Of a stretch of 64,000 nt of DNA, positions 39,065 through 49,054 are shown piece by piece. Source of the stretch: an uncultured Collinsella sp. (GTDB taxonomy: Bacteria; Actinomycetota; Coriobacteriia; Coriobacteriales; Coriobacteriaceae); NCBI GenBank assembly GCA_958370785.1, contig CATXKN010000010.1, positions 7,035-71,034 on the forward strand, written 5' to 3'. A program made the position numbers and the translations under genes. Numbering within the stretch: position 1 is the first letter of the stretch; each line of letters begins with the position of its first letter. The notes beneath the pieces were generated by a model, which saw only the letters and a program-made list of their open reading frames with translations, did not search any database and had not been told where the DNA came from.

Positions 39065-40371
39065 GGCAGGTACTTCTCCTTTTCATTGCGAAGCGGCCAT
39101 CCGTGTCCGATGGCGAGATAAGCAGGAATGATGAGTAACGACGTGTACAAAAAATGCGTCTGGGCCAGTGTCGTATTCACAAATAGAGCCACATACAGAA
39201 GCGCAACCGGAAGGCGTTGCCCCTTGAAGACAGGGTAGAAAACCATAAACAGGACAACAATCCAAGGAACGACGCCATATACAGCTCCATAGGAAACGAG
39301 CGCCGCGGCAACGAGCCCTTCACCACTTGAGGAGGCCGCGGAAAACAGAGCGTCGTAGCCGACGCCTAACGGATGCTCGGCAATCGACCGAACGCATACT
39401 TCAATCATCTTGGATCTATAGACACCCGTACTGTCGCTGAGATCAAGCCCCGTGCCCCCTGCACTCGAACCGAAAAGCTTGTCGAACACCTGAACGGACA
39501 GGATGCTGTTTGTTGGTGCCAGCCAATACTGAACGAGTAAAGCAACGACAGCTGTGCAAACAAGTGCGACCAGCCATTGCCTCGTCCTCGTGCCCTCATG
39601 GTCTTTGGAAAATAGTACGTAGAAAGCGACGCAAAGGAGAGCTCCGATGTAGCCAGTCGTGGATTGACAAGTGACGAGGGCAACCACGATTGCGGAAAGA
39701 TAGAACCTGTAATGGCGCTCGCTTCTCAATTCGAGCTTATCCCTCCAGAAAAGCAGGATAAACAAGGCGCTGTTAAGAACCACTTGGTATTTACCGGGCT
39801 CTGTATAGATGCCGCAGTTCCTAAACTGGTGAATATCAAACCAGCTGTAGAAGAACAAGCCACTACCGTACTCATAGGTTTCCCACGGATACGTGCCTAT
39901 AACATCGACAACAAAAGTCGGACCCAGCAGGGACTTGAGCACGGAAGGAAATGCACAGCCAACGCCCCAGAGCAAAATGCTAAGCAGCGCCAGCGCAACG
40001 ACAGTCAGAAGCCAACGTTTAAGAAACTGGCCAAAGTCGCAGCAAATCGCCATCTGCACAATCAGCACGCAGCCCATGAAACCCATGAGCGCCTCAAGTC
40101 CTACGCCGCCCGTCAAGCTTCGCGCAACGAGAGTATTCAACACAAGGACCAGGCTAAAGCAGACCCCATAGGACTCCCTATACTTCCTGGCAAGTAAGAA
40201 AGTTGCCGCAAACAGCGCGACAAGCATAAAGCTAAACCATGTCCCACCCTTTATGTAGACAAATGTACTGCCTGGCATTAGAAGAGAGAGGTAAATTAGC
40301 ACATACTGCCATACAGCACCAAGAGAAAGGCCTGAACGGGTCTCTCCATTTACAGAAATTGAGTCGCTCAT
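39046..40371 (-). CDS. wzy: Polysaccharide polymerase (Wzy-like)
   Basis: About 10 TM segments, RNCGIYTEPG, QSTTGY, HPLGVG. Confidence 0.78.
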   Translation of the reverse strand: MSDSISVNGETRSGLSLGAVWQYVLIYLSLLMPGSTFVYIKGGTWFSFMLVALFAATFLLARKYRESYGVCFSLVLVLNTLVARSLTGGVGLEALMGFMGCVLIVQMAICCDFGQFLKRWLLTVVALALLSILLWGVGCAFPSVLKSLLGPTFVVDVIGTYPWETYEYGSGLFFYSWFDIHQFRNCGIYTEPGKYQVVLNSALFILLFWRDKLELRSERHYRFYLSAIVVALVTCQSTTGYIGALLCVAFYVLFSKDHEGTRTRQWLVALVCTAVVALLVQYWLAPTNSILSVQVFDKLFGSSAGGTGLDLSDSTGVYRSKMIEVCVRSIAEHPLGVGYDALFSAASSSGEGLVAAALVSYGAVYGVVPWIVVLFMVFYPVFKGQRLPVALLYVALFVNTTLAQTHFLYTSLLIIPAYLAIGHGWPLRNEKEKYLPWKKFW

Positions 40372-41444
40372 TGTATCGAACCCTCAGGGAACAAAGTTTC
40401 CTCCCATTTTTTGCCGATTGTCTCAAGTGAAAGTTCATCAGCCAGTTTTGCCGCTTCCGCAGACATGGAATCCCTTAAAACAGGGTCAAGAAGAAGTTCG
40501 ACCACCCTTTGCGCCATGACCTCATGGTCATCGCGATCGACGAGATACCCGTTAACTCCGTCCTCGACAACAGCCTCGGCTCCTCCCCCTAAGCAGCGCG
40601 TGCAAACAGAAGGCACCCCCATGGCAAGCGCTTCGATGAGCGAGTTGGAAAGCCCTTCCCAATTAGATGCCATCACATATACAGAAGATGATGCGATTCT
40701 TTGAACGGCATCGCCACAGAACCCGCAAAAGACGACGCAGTTTGTCAGACCTTCTGAATCTACAAGTAGCTCAAGGTCCTCCCTCAGCTCTCCATCCCCA
40801 TATATTTCAAATGTAACGTCTGGAATTTGTTTGTGGATGATAGAGAATGCACGTATGAGCATGGGGTAGTTTTTTTGTTCCGTAAGACGCCCCGATGCCG
40901 TCACGACTCGACGCGGACAGGCGCGGTTTCTTTCTGGAAGACCATTTGACAATGGATTGGGAATCAATACTCCCTTCCGTCGGACGCCAGAAGGAAAATA
41001 GGACATTTGGTCCTTCGTCTGAAACACAACCGTGCTACTCTTTTTGACATATAAAAAATTTCTAACGTACTGAAGTGCTTTTCTTCCATAAAAATCGGTC
41101 GTTGGAAGATTCCTTACGCTAACAACTACTTTATTCCGAAGTCCAACCGCAGCCGCAAGAAGACATACATTTTGGTCACATAAAAATGAAAGAAAGATGC
41201 GCGAATCGTCCTTCTTCATTTCATGCCGAATACCTCTAATTTGAGCAAAGAGCGAAGTTCCCGCTGAATCACAAATCGGATTCACCTTTACGCCTTCAGG
41301 AAGTTCGTATACACATTCATTCTTTTTTGTGAGCAAAAAACTAAACTCGTAACCTCTATGAATAAAATAGCGGGAAAGGGCCACGGCAACGCGTTCGGCT
41401 CCACCCCCGCCTAGCGTAGGCATAACCATTGCAATCGAATTCAT
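40368..41444 (-). CDS. GT4 glycosyltransferase
   Basis: GGGAERV, GRLTEQKN, EGLSNSLIEALAMG. Confidence 0.9.
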   Translation of the reverse strand: MNSIAMVMPTLGGGGAERVAVALSRYFIHRGYEFSFLLTKKNECVYELPEGVKVNPICDSAGTSLFAQIRGIRHEMKKDDSRIFLSFLCDQNVCLLAAAVGLRNKVVVSVRNLPTTDFYGRKALQYVRNFLYVKKSSTVVFQTKDQMSYFPSGVRRKGVLIPNPLSNGLPERNRACPRRVVTASGRLTEQKNYPMLIRAFSIIHKQIPDVTFEIYGDGELREDLELLVDSEGLTNCVVFCGFCGDAVQRIASSSVYVMASNWEGLSNSLIEALAMGVPSVCTRCLGGGAEAVVEDGVNGYLVDRDDHEVMAQRVVELLLDPVLRDSMSAEAAKLADELSLETIGKKWEETLFPEGSIQ

Positions 41445-41589
41445 GCGTTTCACGCTGCAACACCACACTTAACAAAAGCGCATTCTAAGTGAGTATCGGA
41501 GAGAGGCAGATCTTTATTTCCGGCAATGAAATAACAGGTAGGCATTACCACTTCAACAGAGGACATGACGAACGAGACTTTCTTTTTGC

Positions 41590-42603
41590 TCACGACAATC
41601 CCCCTTCCAATAGCCTGCCGTAATACGTTTGCCTACCATCAGTTTGTTTTGGAAATTCTTGCTTCCACGTGAGCTTAAAGAGACTCGTATCCAGAAGGAG
41701 CTCACTCCAAGCACTTTGATCGAAAGGCCTATCTAGTATCGAAATAAGGTCGTCGCAACGAGGATTATTTGGTTCGATGGACGCAAATGCGGCGGCGACC
41801 GAGGGGTCATGACGTTGAGCTTGGACGATGAGGTAATCGACCAGCAGATAATCAATCAACCGATCGCTATTGCGCCAATACTCGAGGAAGAAGTCTCTCG
41901 CAACGACGAACGGATGACGCTGACCCTCTTTGCAGGCAAGCGAATACCCCGCAAACATGCCGCATGCGACCGAAGCATGCAGATAGTCAGGCCTTTTAAT
42001 GGACCAAATTGGCAGATCCATGTATTCATGTAGCGAGCCAGTGCAGAAGAAAGTGGCATCCAGCCACATGCCACCGTGCTCGGCAAGCAGAGAGAGCCTC
42101 AGAAGGTCGGATAGGTTCGTGCGCGACATGATGCCGGTGCGGACCTTCTCGAGCACCCACACGGGGATATTGACATATTGGGAAAGATTCTCGTCCGTGA
42201 TGACAATGACCTCGTGTCCGCCCGCATTGCGGCGGACGGAGTCGATGCACGCCTTGACGATCTCGGGCGCATTCTCCTCGCCCTGCCACCAGCACATCCA
42301 AATCTTCCCCTCGAGGGCGGGATCGGACGGCGGCAACGGTGCGTCATAGTCATATGACTCGAAGAAATCGCCGAAGCGGTTCTCGAGATATTTGAGAACG
42401 GTCTCATGCTTGCGCAGCAAGCGCTCCCTCACCGCAGGCGGCTCCTTATACCCGTTACGACTCATGACCTGGATATCGAGCTTCGCCCGAAACGTATTGA
42501 TTGCCTCGGGCCACGAGGTGGCTCTGGCGATTCGGAATGTGGCGCCGATCTCCTCGCAGGAGCGATGCACAATCCTCTTGATGTTGTTATGGCCGTTAGC
42601 CAT
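41590..42603 (-). CDS. Capsular polysaccharide synthesis protein (GT32-like)
   Basis: IWMCWWQG, SDLLRLSLLAEHGGMWLDAT, FKLTWK. Confidence 0.88.
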   Translation of the reverse strand: MANGHNNIKRIVHRSCEEIGATFRIARATSWPEAINTFRAKLDIQVMSRNGYKEPPAVRERLLRKHETVLKYLENRFGDFFESYDYDAPLPPSDPALEGKIWMCWWQGEENAPEIVKACIDSVRRNAGGHEVIVITDENLSQYVNIPVWVLEKVRTGIMSRTNLSDLLRLSLLAEHGGMWLDATFFCTGSLHEYMDLPIWSIKRPDYLHASVACGMFAGYSLACKEGQRHPFVVARDFFLEYWRNSDRLIDYLLVDYLIVQAQRHDPSVAAAFASIEPNNPRCDDLISILDRPFDQSAWSELLLDTSLFKLTWKQEFPKQTDGRQTYYGRLLEGGLS

Positions 42604-43879
42604 CGATTGACTCCTTATATAGGTTCACGAGATCGCTCATAAACTTCTCACGCGAGCAGTTTTCCATGACGTAGGAGCGGCAGTTGCGCTGCAGCATCGA
42701 GTAAGCGGACCGATCCAAGAACGCGCTCGTACCGCGCGAGATGGCATCCGCCATCGACGGGACATCCCCGGGCTCGCAAATGAACCCCGTTTTCCCCTCA
42801 TCGACCAACTCGGGGATTCCGCCGATATTCGTGCCGATGACAGGCGTGCCGGCAGCGAAAGCCTCGACGATCGAATACGGCATGTTCTCTCGACATCTCG
42901 AACTCGAGATGGCGAGAGAAGCCCTCTCGACATACGCTTGCAGTGCCCCACCGGTCTGATAGCCGGCGAACTCGATGCGAGACGCGCAGCCCAACGAAGA
43001 CGCGATCGCCTTGAACTCGTCGGCGTCGGGGCCGTCGCCGACGACAACCAAGCGCATGTCCTGCGGAAGGTTCGGCAAGGCGGCGTCGAAGGCCCTCAGT
43101 AGCGTGTCGACGCCCTTCTCGACAGAGAGCCGTCCGAAGAACAGGAGGTAGGGGTTCTCCCTGTCGGTCGCATCCGCCCCGGCATTCGCCGCGCGGTCGA
43201 GGATCGCGTCGTCGGCGAAGTTCTGCAGGAAGATGACCTTGTCCTCGGGCCAGCCGCCCTCGATGAGCTTGGAGCGCATGAACCTGGAGGGGGCGATTAC
43301 CCTGTCGATCCGCCGGTTTGACTTATGCGCCCTGTTGAAGGACGCCTCCATCGCCGCCAGCGCGCTCTTCGCACGCGAGCCCTTCACGCAGCGGCGCTCG
43401 ATGCAGTGTCGGTAGCGTCCGTCCTCGAGGCATGCGTCGCAGACGCGCCCGTCGCCGTCGAGCATGAGGTAGCCGGGGCAGACGGTCACGTAGTCGTGGG
43501 CCGTGTAGAAGACCGGGACCTTGTTCTCCCTCAGGTAGGGGGCGTCGAGAATGGACAGCGTGATCTGCCTGTGCACGTTGTTGAGGTGGACGACATCGGG
43601 GCGGAACTCCTCGCAGAGGGCCTGGAAGTTGCGCTTCGCCTCCGGCGAGTAGATCAGCGCCATGCCGTCGCGCGCCGCCTTGAGCGGGTTCTTGACGTTG
43701 TTGTACTCGCGCTGCGTCACAAAGTACTTGTCCCACTCGCAGGGCAAGTTGTCAGGGTGCATCATGGAGAAATAGGCCACTTCGTGCCCCATGCGCTCCA
43801 GCTCGGATCCAACGGTGAGGTAATAGGTCTCCGCACCGCCCTTGCGATAGTGGAACTTGTTCACGAGAAGAATCCTCAT
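42596..43879 (-). CDS. GT4 glycosyltransferase
   Basis: MRILLVNKFHYRKGGAE, GRLSVEKG, ENMPYSIVEA. Confidence 0.9.
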   Translation of the reverse strand: MRILLVNKFHYRKGGAETYYLTVGSELERMGHEVAYFSMMHPDNLPCEWDKYFVTQREYNNVKNPLKAARDGMALIYSPEAKRNFQALCEEFRPDVVHLNNVHRQITLSILDAPYLRENKVPVFYTAHDYVTVCPGYLMLDGDGRVCDACLEDGRYRHCIERRCVKGSRAKSALAAMEASFNRAHKSNRRIDRVIAPSRFMRSKLIEGGWPEDKVIFLQNFADDAILDRAANAGADATDRENPYLLFFGRLSVEKGVDTLLRAFDAALPNLPQDMRLVVVGDGPDADEFKAIASSLGCASRIEFAGYQTGGALQAYVERASLAISSSRCRENMPYSIVEAFAAGTPVIGTNIGGIPELVDEGKTGFICEPGDVPSMADAISRGTSAFLDRSAYSMLQRNCRSYVMENCSREKFMSDLVNLYKESIDG

Positions 43880-45000
43880 CGGGCATCTCCCCTGTAAATC
43901 TCGAGGGTCCGCTCGACGACGGAATCCCAGTTGTAGGTTTTCTCGACATGCGCCTTGGCGGCGGTGCCGAGGGTGCCTGCGCGGCCAGCGTCCGCGAGCA
44001 GGTCTCGCAGCGCGGACCGCAAAGATGCGACGTTCCCCTTCTCGAACGTCACGCCGTTGCCCGCGAGGACATCCGCGCACTCGGGGATGTCGCTCGTCAC
44101 GCAGCAGCACCCATAGGCCATGGCCTCCAGTAGGCTCATGGGCATGCCCTCCACGTCGGAGGGCAGCACGTAGGCATAGCAGTTGGAGTACAGCTCCTCC
44201 AGGGGCTCGCCGTTGACGAACCCGGTGAAGAGGACGCGTGGGTCGCTCTGCACAGCCACGCGCAGCGAAGCCTCGTACTCGGAGGTGTCCGAACCGCCGC
44301 CGGCGATGACGAGCCTCTTGTCCGTATCGAGCTCATTAAAGGCCTCGATCAGGAGCTCGGGGCGCTTCTCGGGGACGAGCCTGCCCAGGTACAGCAGGTA
44401 GGAGCCCGCATCGAGCCCCCACTTCTCCTTTATCTGATTAACCGGCCTCGGCCGCTTTGGCTCGATACCGTTGGGGATGAACGTCGCCGTGCGGCCGTAG
44501 GTGCCCTCGAAGTAGGACTGGGCCGATTTGGACAGAACGATGAGGCCGTCGGCCTTGGTAGCAGCCGCCTTCTCCCCCATCTTGATGTACGCGCTGGCGA
44601 GCTTTCCCCACTTGGCGCGCTGCCAGTCCAGGCCGTGGATGGTGGCGACGGTCCGGATGCCGGCGCGCTTCGCCAAAGGCAACGGCACGCAGGGGCCCTC
44701 GGCGTGGTAGTGGATCACGTCGGGCCGGTCCTTGATGGCAGCCAGGGTGGCGAAGTACGAGGAGCTCAGCGCCGCGAGCCCCTTCTTGTCGATCGTCCTC
44801 ACGGGGACGACGCACACGCCGTCGACCATGCGCTCGCGGCCATCCGCGGCGTCGCCGGTCATGACGTCCGCGCCCGAACGGTCGTAGCAGGTGACCTCGT
44901 GGCCGAGCGCCGCCATGCGGCGGGCGAGCTCGGTCACGACGACCTCCACGCCGCCCTCGCGGGAACCGTATCTCTTATGTCCTATCATCGCGATGCGCAT
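43876..45000 (-). CDS. GT4 glycosyltransferase
   Basis: GGVE, HGLDWQRAKW, GRLVPEK, EGMPMSLLEAM. Confidence 0.9.
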   Translation of the reverse strand: MRIAMIGHKRYGSREGGVEVVVTELARRMAALGHEVTCYDRSGADVMTGDAADGRERMVDGVCVVPVRTIDKKGLAALSSSYFATLAAIKDRPDVIHYHAEGPCVPLPLAKRAGIRTVATIHGLDWQRAKWGKLASAYIKMGEKAAATKADGLIVLSKSAQSYFEGTYGRTATFIPNGIEPKRPRPVNQIKEKWGLDAGSYLLYLGRLVPEKRPELLIEAFNELDTDKRLVIAGGGSDTSEYEASLRVAVQSDPRVLFTGFVNGEPLEELYSNCYAYVLPSDVEGMPMSLLEAMAYGCCCVTSDIPECADVLAGNGVTFEKGNVASLRSALRDLLADAGRAGTLGTAAKAHVEKTYNWDSVVERTLEIYRGDAR

Positions 45001-45750
45001 CTAGCACGCACCCTTGCCGGTGATGACCTCGATCACCGTGAGGACGACGATCTTGAGGTCGGTGATGACGCCTCGGCTGGCGATGTACTCCAGGTCTCGG
45101 CGGACCATGCCGTCGAAGCCGGTCGAGTTGCGCTCCGTCACCTGCCACCAGCCGGTGATGCCCGGCTTCACGGCCAGGCGCTGCAGGTCGTACTCGGTGT
45201 ATTCCGCCACCTCGTTGGGCAGCGGCGGACGCGGGCCGACGACGGACATCTGGCCCAGGAACACGTTGAGGAACTGCGGGAACTCGTCGATGGAGTGCTT
45301 GCGGATGAACTTGCCGATCTTCGTTACGCGCGGGTCGTCCTTCATCTTGAACATGGCGCCGGCGATCTCGTTCTGCTCCTTGAGCTCGGCGAGGCGCTCG
45401 TCGGCGTCTTTGTACATGGAGCGGAACTTCCACATGCGGAAGGTGGACAGCCTGCCGTCGCGATGGGTCTGGCCCACGCGGATCTGGCTGTAGAACGGGT
45501 TGCCCTCGCTCTCCAGGCGGATGGCGGCGGCGAGCACCAGGCTCGGCACGGCGATGACGGCCAGCACGCAGCCGCTGAACACGATGTCGAAGGCGCGTTT
45601 GACGGTGCGGTAGGCCAGGCGCGTGCGGTCCCAGTCCTTGACGGCCTGCATGGCCTTGTAGCGCATGCTCACCTCGCCGCTGTTCATGGCCTGGGCAACA
45701 AGCGCGGCCCCCACCGGCGCTCCTTCTGAATATTCAGTTTTGTCTGACAC
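45001..45750 (-). CDS. Priming sugar-phosphate transferase
   Basis: KRAFDI, KFRSM, DPRVT, SIDEFPQ, GPRP, KPGITGWWQV; start uncertain. Confidence 0.92.
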   Translation of the reverse strand: MSDKTEYSEGAPVGAALVAQAMNSGEVSMRYKAMQAVKDWDRTRLAYRTVKRAFDIVFSGCVLAVIAVPSLVLAAAIRLESEGNPFYSQIRVGQTHRDGRLSTFRMWKFRSMYKDADERLAELKEQNEIAGAMFKMKDDPRVTKIGKFIRKHSIDEFPQFLNVFLGQMSVVGPRPPLPNEVAEYTEYDLQRLAVKPGITGWWQVTERNSTGFDGMVRRDLEYIASRGVITDLKIVVLTVIEVITGKGAC

Positions 45751-45817
45751 TATTTCCTTCAAACCTACGTCCCCGCCCCCGGGGATCCTCCCTGTCCCGT
45801 TAAACAGTCGCCTGCAG

Positions 45818-46372
45818 CTAGGCGATCGCCTTTTTAAGGTTTCGCGTGACGCGCTGCTCGGCTGAAAGCACGGCGAGGCCAACGCGAGTTGTTACGCGTC
45901 GGCCACACAGGTCGAGCTCCAAATAAGCAGTGCTCTTGCGTCTGTTAATGGTTTTGATAAGGCCTTCGTGGCCCAGCAGTGGGCCTGCCGTCACTACGAC
46001 CTGGTCGCCGTCCTTTAGGGCCTCGCTCGTGGGAACTACGCGGTCTCCCCTATGCGTAAAGCTGCCAATGAGCTGGGTCTCTTCTTTTGCCAGCGGCACA
46101 AACTGACCGTCCTGGGAAAGCACCCGGGCAAAGTCGTCCATGCGCAGCAGATACTGTTGCACGGTGCGAGGATCTGCCGTATCGCAGATAAGATATCCGG
46201 GAAAGAGCGGCTTGGTCGTATCGACCCATTCGCCGTGTACCTTAATCTCGGTTTGAAATTGGGGATAAAAGAGCTCCTGTATGGCGCTAGCCGGCACCAT
46301 GCGCTCGATGCGCTCGCGCATTACGTCTTCGCGACCGTTAATGACCTGGATCACATACCACACGAGCACCAC
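45818..46372 (-). CDS. NusG-paralog antiterminator (LoaP/UpxY family)
   Basis: WYVIQV, PLFPGYL, C-terminal KOW (GDQVVVTAGPLLG); first gene of the polysaccharide operon. Confidence 0.88.
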   Translation of the reverse strand: MVLVWYVIQVINGREDVMRERIERMVPASAIQELFYPQFQTEIKVHGEWVDTTKPLFPGYLICDTADPRTVQQYLLRMDDFARVLSQDGQFVPLAKEETQLIGSFTHRGDRVVPTSEALKDGDQVVVTAGPLLGHEGLIKTINRRKSTAYLELDLCGRRVTTRVGLAVLSAEQRVTRNLKKAIA

Positions 46373-47184
46373 CCCCTTGCTGTCTTACGTGTGGCTCACG
46401 GGGTTTGGATATGGCTTCGCCAGGGCGCTTGTGCGCGAAGGCGCTCCATATTCAAACCCTGAGCCCAGTTAGACAAGCACGTGGCTCTGCCCCACCGTGA
46501 ACGGTATGTATGTCGCAGCTCGTATGTAACCAATCGACTTAATGACGAAAGCACATACAGTTGGCTGCGTGCGAGTCAGTCTAGGGATGATTCAAACTGA
46601 CTGACTCGCACGCAAACAGCTGAAGTGCTTGCTGCATTTTGCCATGTTAAATGTGCATAAAATATCTTGCAGAAATAAAAATGACCGCAAAACAATTCAA
46701 TGCATTGCTGCATGACTACTCTATTGGAGCTCGTGGCTTTTCTGGCACCGCCGTTACGGCCGGATGCTGATCAACCCTGCGCTTTGCGGCTTGCTGGAGC
46801 CGTGAAGACAGTTGAACCCATGTAACGATATTTATCCTAGCACAGCAGGTCGCCCATACGTTTTGGGGTGTGTTGAGCAACATATTGTTTATTCGCCGTG
46901 GTTATGGGAGATATTGTACCGTCTTGCACGCATTGCCGCAGGTTTATGGGGGTGTGTGGGTTGGCGAGCACTGCCTGAGTTGTATTGCTGGCGGCGTGAA
47001 TTGCTCAAACTATTATGTATGGCTAACAAACTTTGTACAAAACCGGGAAGGTAATTGCGCAACTTTTTGGGCTGTAGTTGTCGCAAATTTTGCGACAACT
47101 ACAGCTGACGGCGAACTTGAACAGGAAAGCAACTTGCATATTTTGCAAAAATGCAGTTCAACCACTAAATATCGCATGCAAATA

Positions 47185-47211
47185 AAAAAGGCCACTCGAT
47201 TGAGTGGCCTT
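47185..47211 (-). terminator. Terminator after tRNA-Ala
   Basis: AAGGCCACTC-loop-GAGTGGCCTT plus T run. Confidence 0.75.
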
Positions 47212-47221
47212 GCATTCACAA

Positions 47222-47297
47222 TGGTGGAGACGAGGGGAATCGAACCCCTGACCTCTTGACTGCCAGTCAAGCGCTCTCCCAGCTGAGCTACGCCCCC
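47222..47297 (-). tRNA. tRNA-Ala(GGC) with encoded CCA
   Basis: Body identical to the 13096 copy. Confidence 0.97.
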
Positions 47298-47367
47298 GTG
47301 ACAGAGTTATACTATAGGGGAAGTTGGCGCGACGTGCAAGGACTTTTTTGGGTCAGACTCTAAATAC

Positions 47368-48009
47368 CTATTGATATAGGTAAGCGATAGCCGTGCCGGT
47401 GTGAACTTGGATCGTGGCTGTTGACCTGACGACGTTGCTAATGCCGGTGTCGGCCAACAGGTCCAGCGGGCTCCGATCTAGCTCCCACTCAAGACCGTGT
47501 TCACTTACCTTGGTGTTGGGGGCTATGGCGATGATGGAGAACGTCTTGCCCTCGGCACCTTCGATGGTCCACGACTCATCTGCGTGAAGGACGCGAGCGA
47601 CCACTTTGTCTTCGGCGATCCAGATGGGAGCGTCCTCGTAGCCTGCGAGCAACCCCAGTACGGAAAGCGCCATATCCGGACGGCCACCGGTGGCGCAGGT
47701 CGCAACCACTTCGGCACCCGCCCAGCGACGGCGGACGGAATCGAGCGCCAACGCCAGATCGGTATAGTCCTTGTAGGGGTCGTGGCGCTCTACCTCAAAG
47801 GCTACGGCGGCATCAACCAGCGCGCGACCCGCATCGCTCACCGTATCAGCGTCACCAACATATACGTCGCAACCTAGTCCCGCGCCCAACAGCGCGTCGA
47901 GCCCGCGATCCACGGCGACAACGTGGTCGCACTCCCACGCCAGCTGACGCAGCAAATCCGCGCTCGCCACCACGGGCGAGCCGCAGACCACCAATACCTT
48001 ACAAGCCAC
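47368..48009 (-). CDS. thiN: Thiamine diphosphokinase
   Basis: AVDRG, GDADT, KDYTDLALAL, GGRPD, GISN. Confidence 0.88.
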   Translation of the reverse strand: MACKVLVVCGSPVVASADLLRQLAWECDHVVAVDRGLDALLGAGLGCDVYVGDADTVSDAGRALVDAAVAFEVERHDPYKDYTDLALALDSVRRRWAGAEVVATCATGGRPDMALSVLGLLAGYEDAPIWIAEDKVVARVLHADESWTIEGAEGKTFSIIAIAPNTKVSEHGLEWELDRSPLDLLADTGISNVVRSTATIQVHTGTAIAYLYQ

Positions 48010-48018
48010 AGCCCTCGC

Positions 48019-48708
48019 CTATCCCTCAAACGCAAGCACGCGGGCCAGATCCAGGTCCTCATAGCTATCGATAAAGATGTCGCAGTTGTCGCGAACCTCG
48101 TCGCGCTTCATGCGGCCGTGCGGGTCATAGATGCCCACGCGCTTAAAGCCAGCGGTGCCAGAGCTCTTAAGGCCAAAGACGGCGTCCTCAAACACCCATG
48201 CACGCTCAAACTTGCGCCCGTGACGTTCCTCTAGACGGCGCAGCGCCAGCTCGTATACGTCGGGGAACTGCTTGGAGCGCCCCGCCTCGCCCGTGGTGGT
48301 AATAAACTCCATGTAGGCATCGAGACCGGCGCCCGCAAGCGCAGACGTAACGAGCTCGGCCGGCGTGGACGTGGCAACGGACATGGCAATACCGGCCTCC
48401 TGCGCCTGCTCCAAAAACGTCAGCAGACCCTCACGGGGCGGCACCTTGGAGTAACCATCGATCAGAATATTGCTCAGCTCGCGATACAGTTCCTCGCCAT
48501 TTTCGCCAATGCCCCAGATGTCGTGGTAGGCCTGGCACTCATCCTCGAGCGACAAATGCTCAAACTGGGCAAAATCGTCGACCGTCACGTCAACTCCGTG
48601 GCGGTGCAATAACTCGGGCTGGGCATAGGCCCAAACGGGAGTGCTATTAACCAGCGTGCCGTCGCAATCGAAAATAAAAGCAACACTTGGGGCAGCAATG
48701 TGGTCCAT
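48019..48708 (-). CDS. HAD-family phosphatase
   Basis: FDCDGTL, K..PDVY, VFEDA. Confidence 0.9.
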   Translation of the reverse strand: MDHIAAPSVAFIFDCDGTLVNSTPVWAYAQPELLHRHGVDVTVDDFAQFEHLSLEDECQAYHDIWGIGENGEELYRELSNILIDGYSKVPPREGLLTFLEQAQEAGIAMSVATSTPAELVTSALAGAGLDAYMEFITTTGEAGRSKQFPDVYELALRRLEERHGRKFERAWVFEDAVFGLKSSGTAGFKRVGIYDPHGRMKRDEVRDNCDIFIDSYEDLDLARVLAFEG

Positions 48709-49054
48709 AAAAGAGCCTTTCGATGTCAAAGGGTAAACAACCTGCTAAAAACGTTTTACCAAACGTCAACCTAACAATCTAGAAACGCTAATTGGTAAAA
48801 CTGTCAAGAGTTTTACCACGGCAATTCTGCAAGTGGTATAAACATGGCGCTTACCGATTAAACGCCCCCGCAAATCCTCTTTCGTTCATAAAAGTAACGT
48901 ACAGGTGTTATCGTAGTTTCTGCCGAAAGTTCCACCGAGCACGCGAGGTGGAACGAATCATAGAACTATCGCCGTCCCTTCGATTCGTGCAGCCTTGGAC
49001 CTTTCGCATCTAGTCACCAAGGCAACACGCTGCCGCGTCATGATGGGATCAAAC

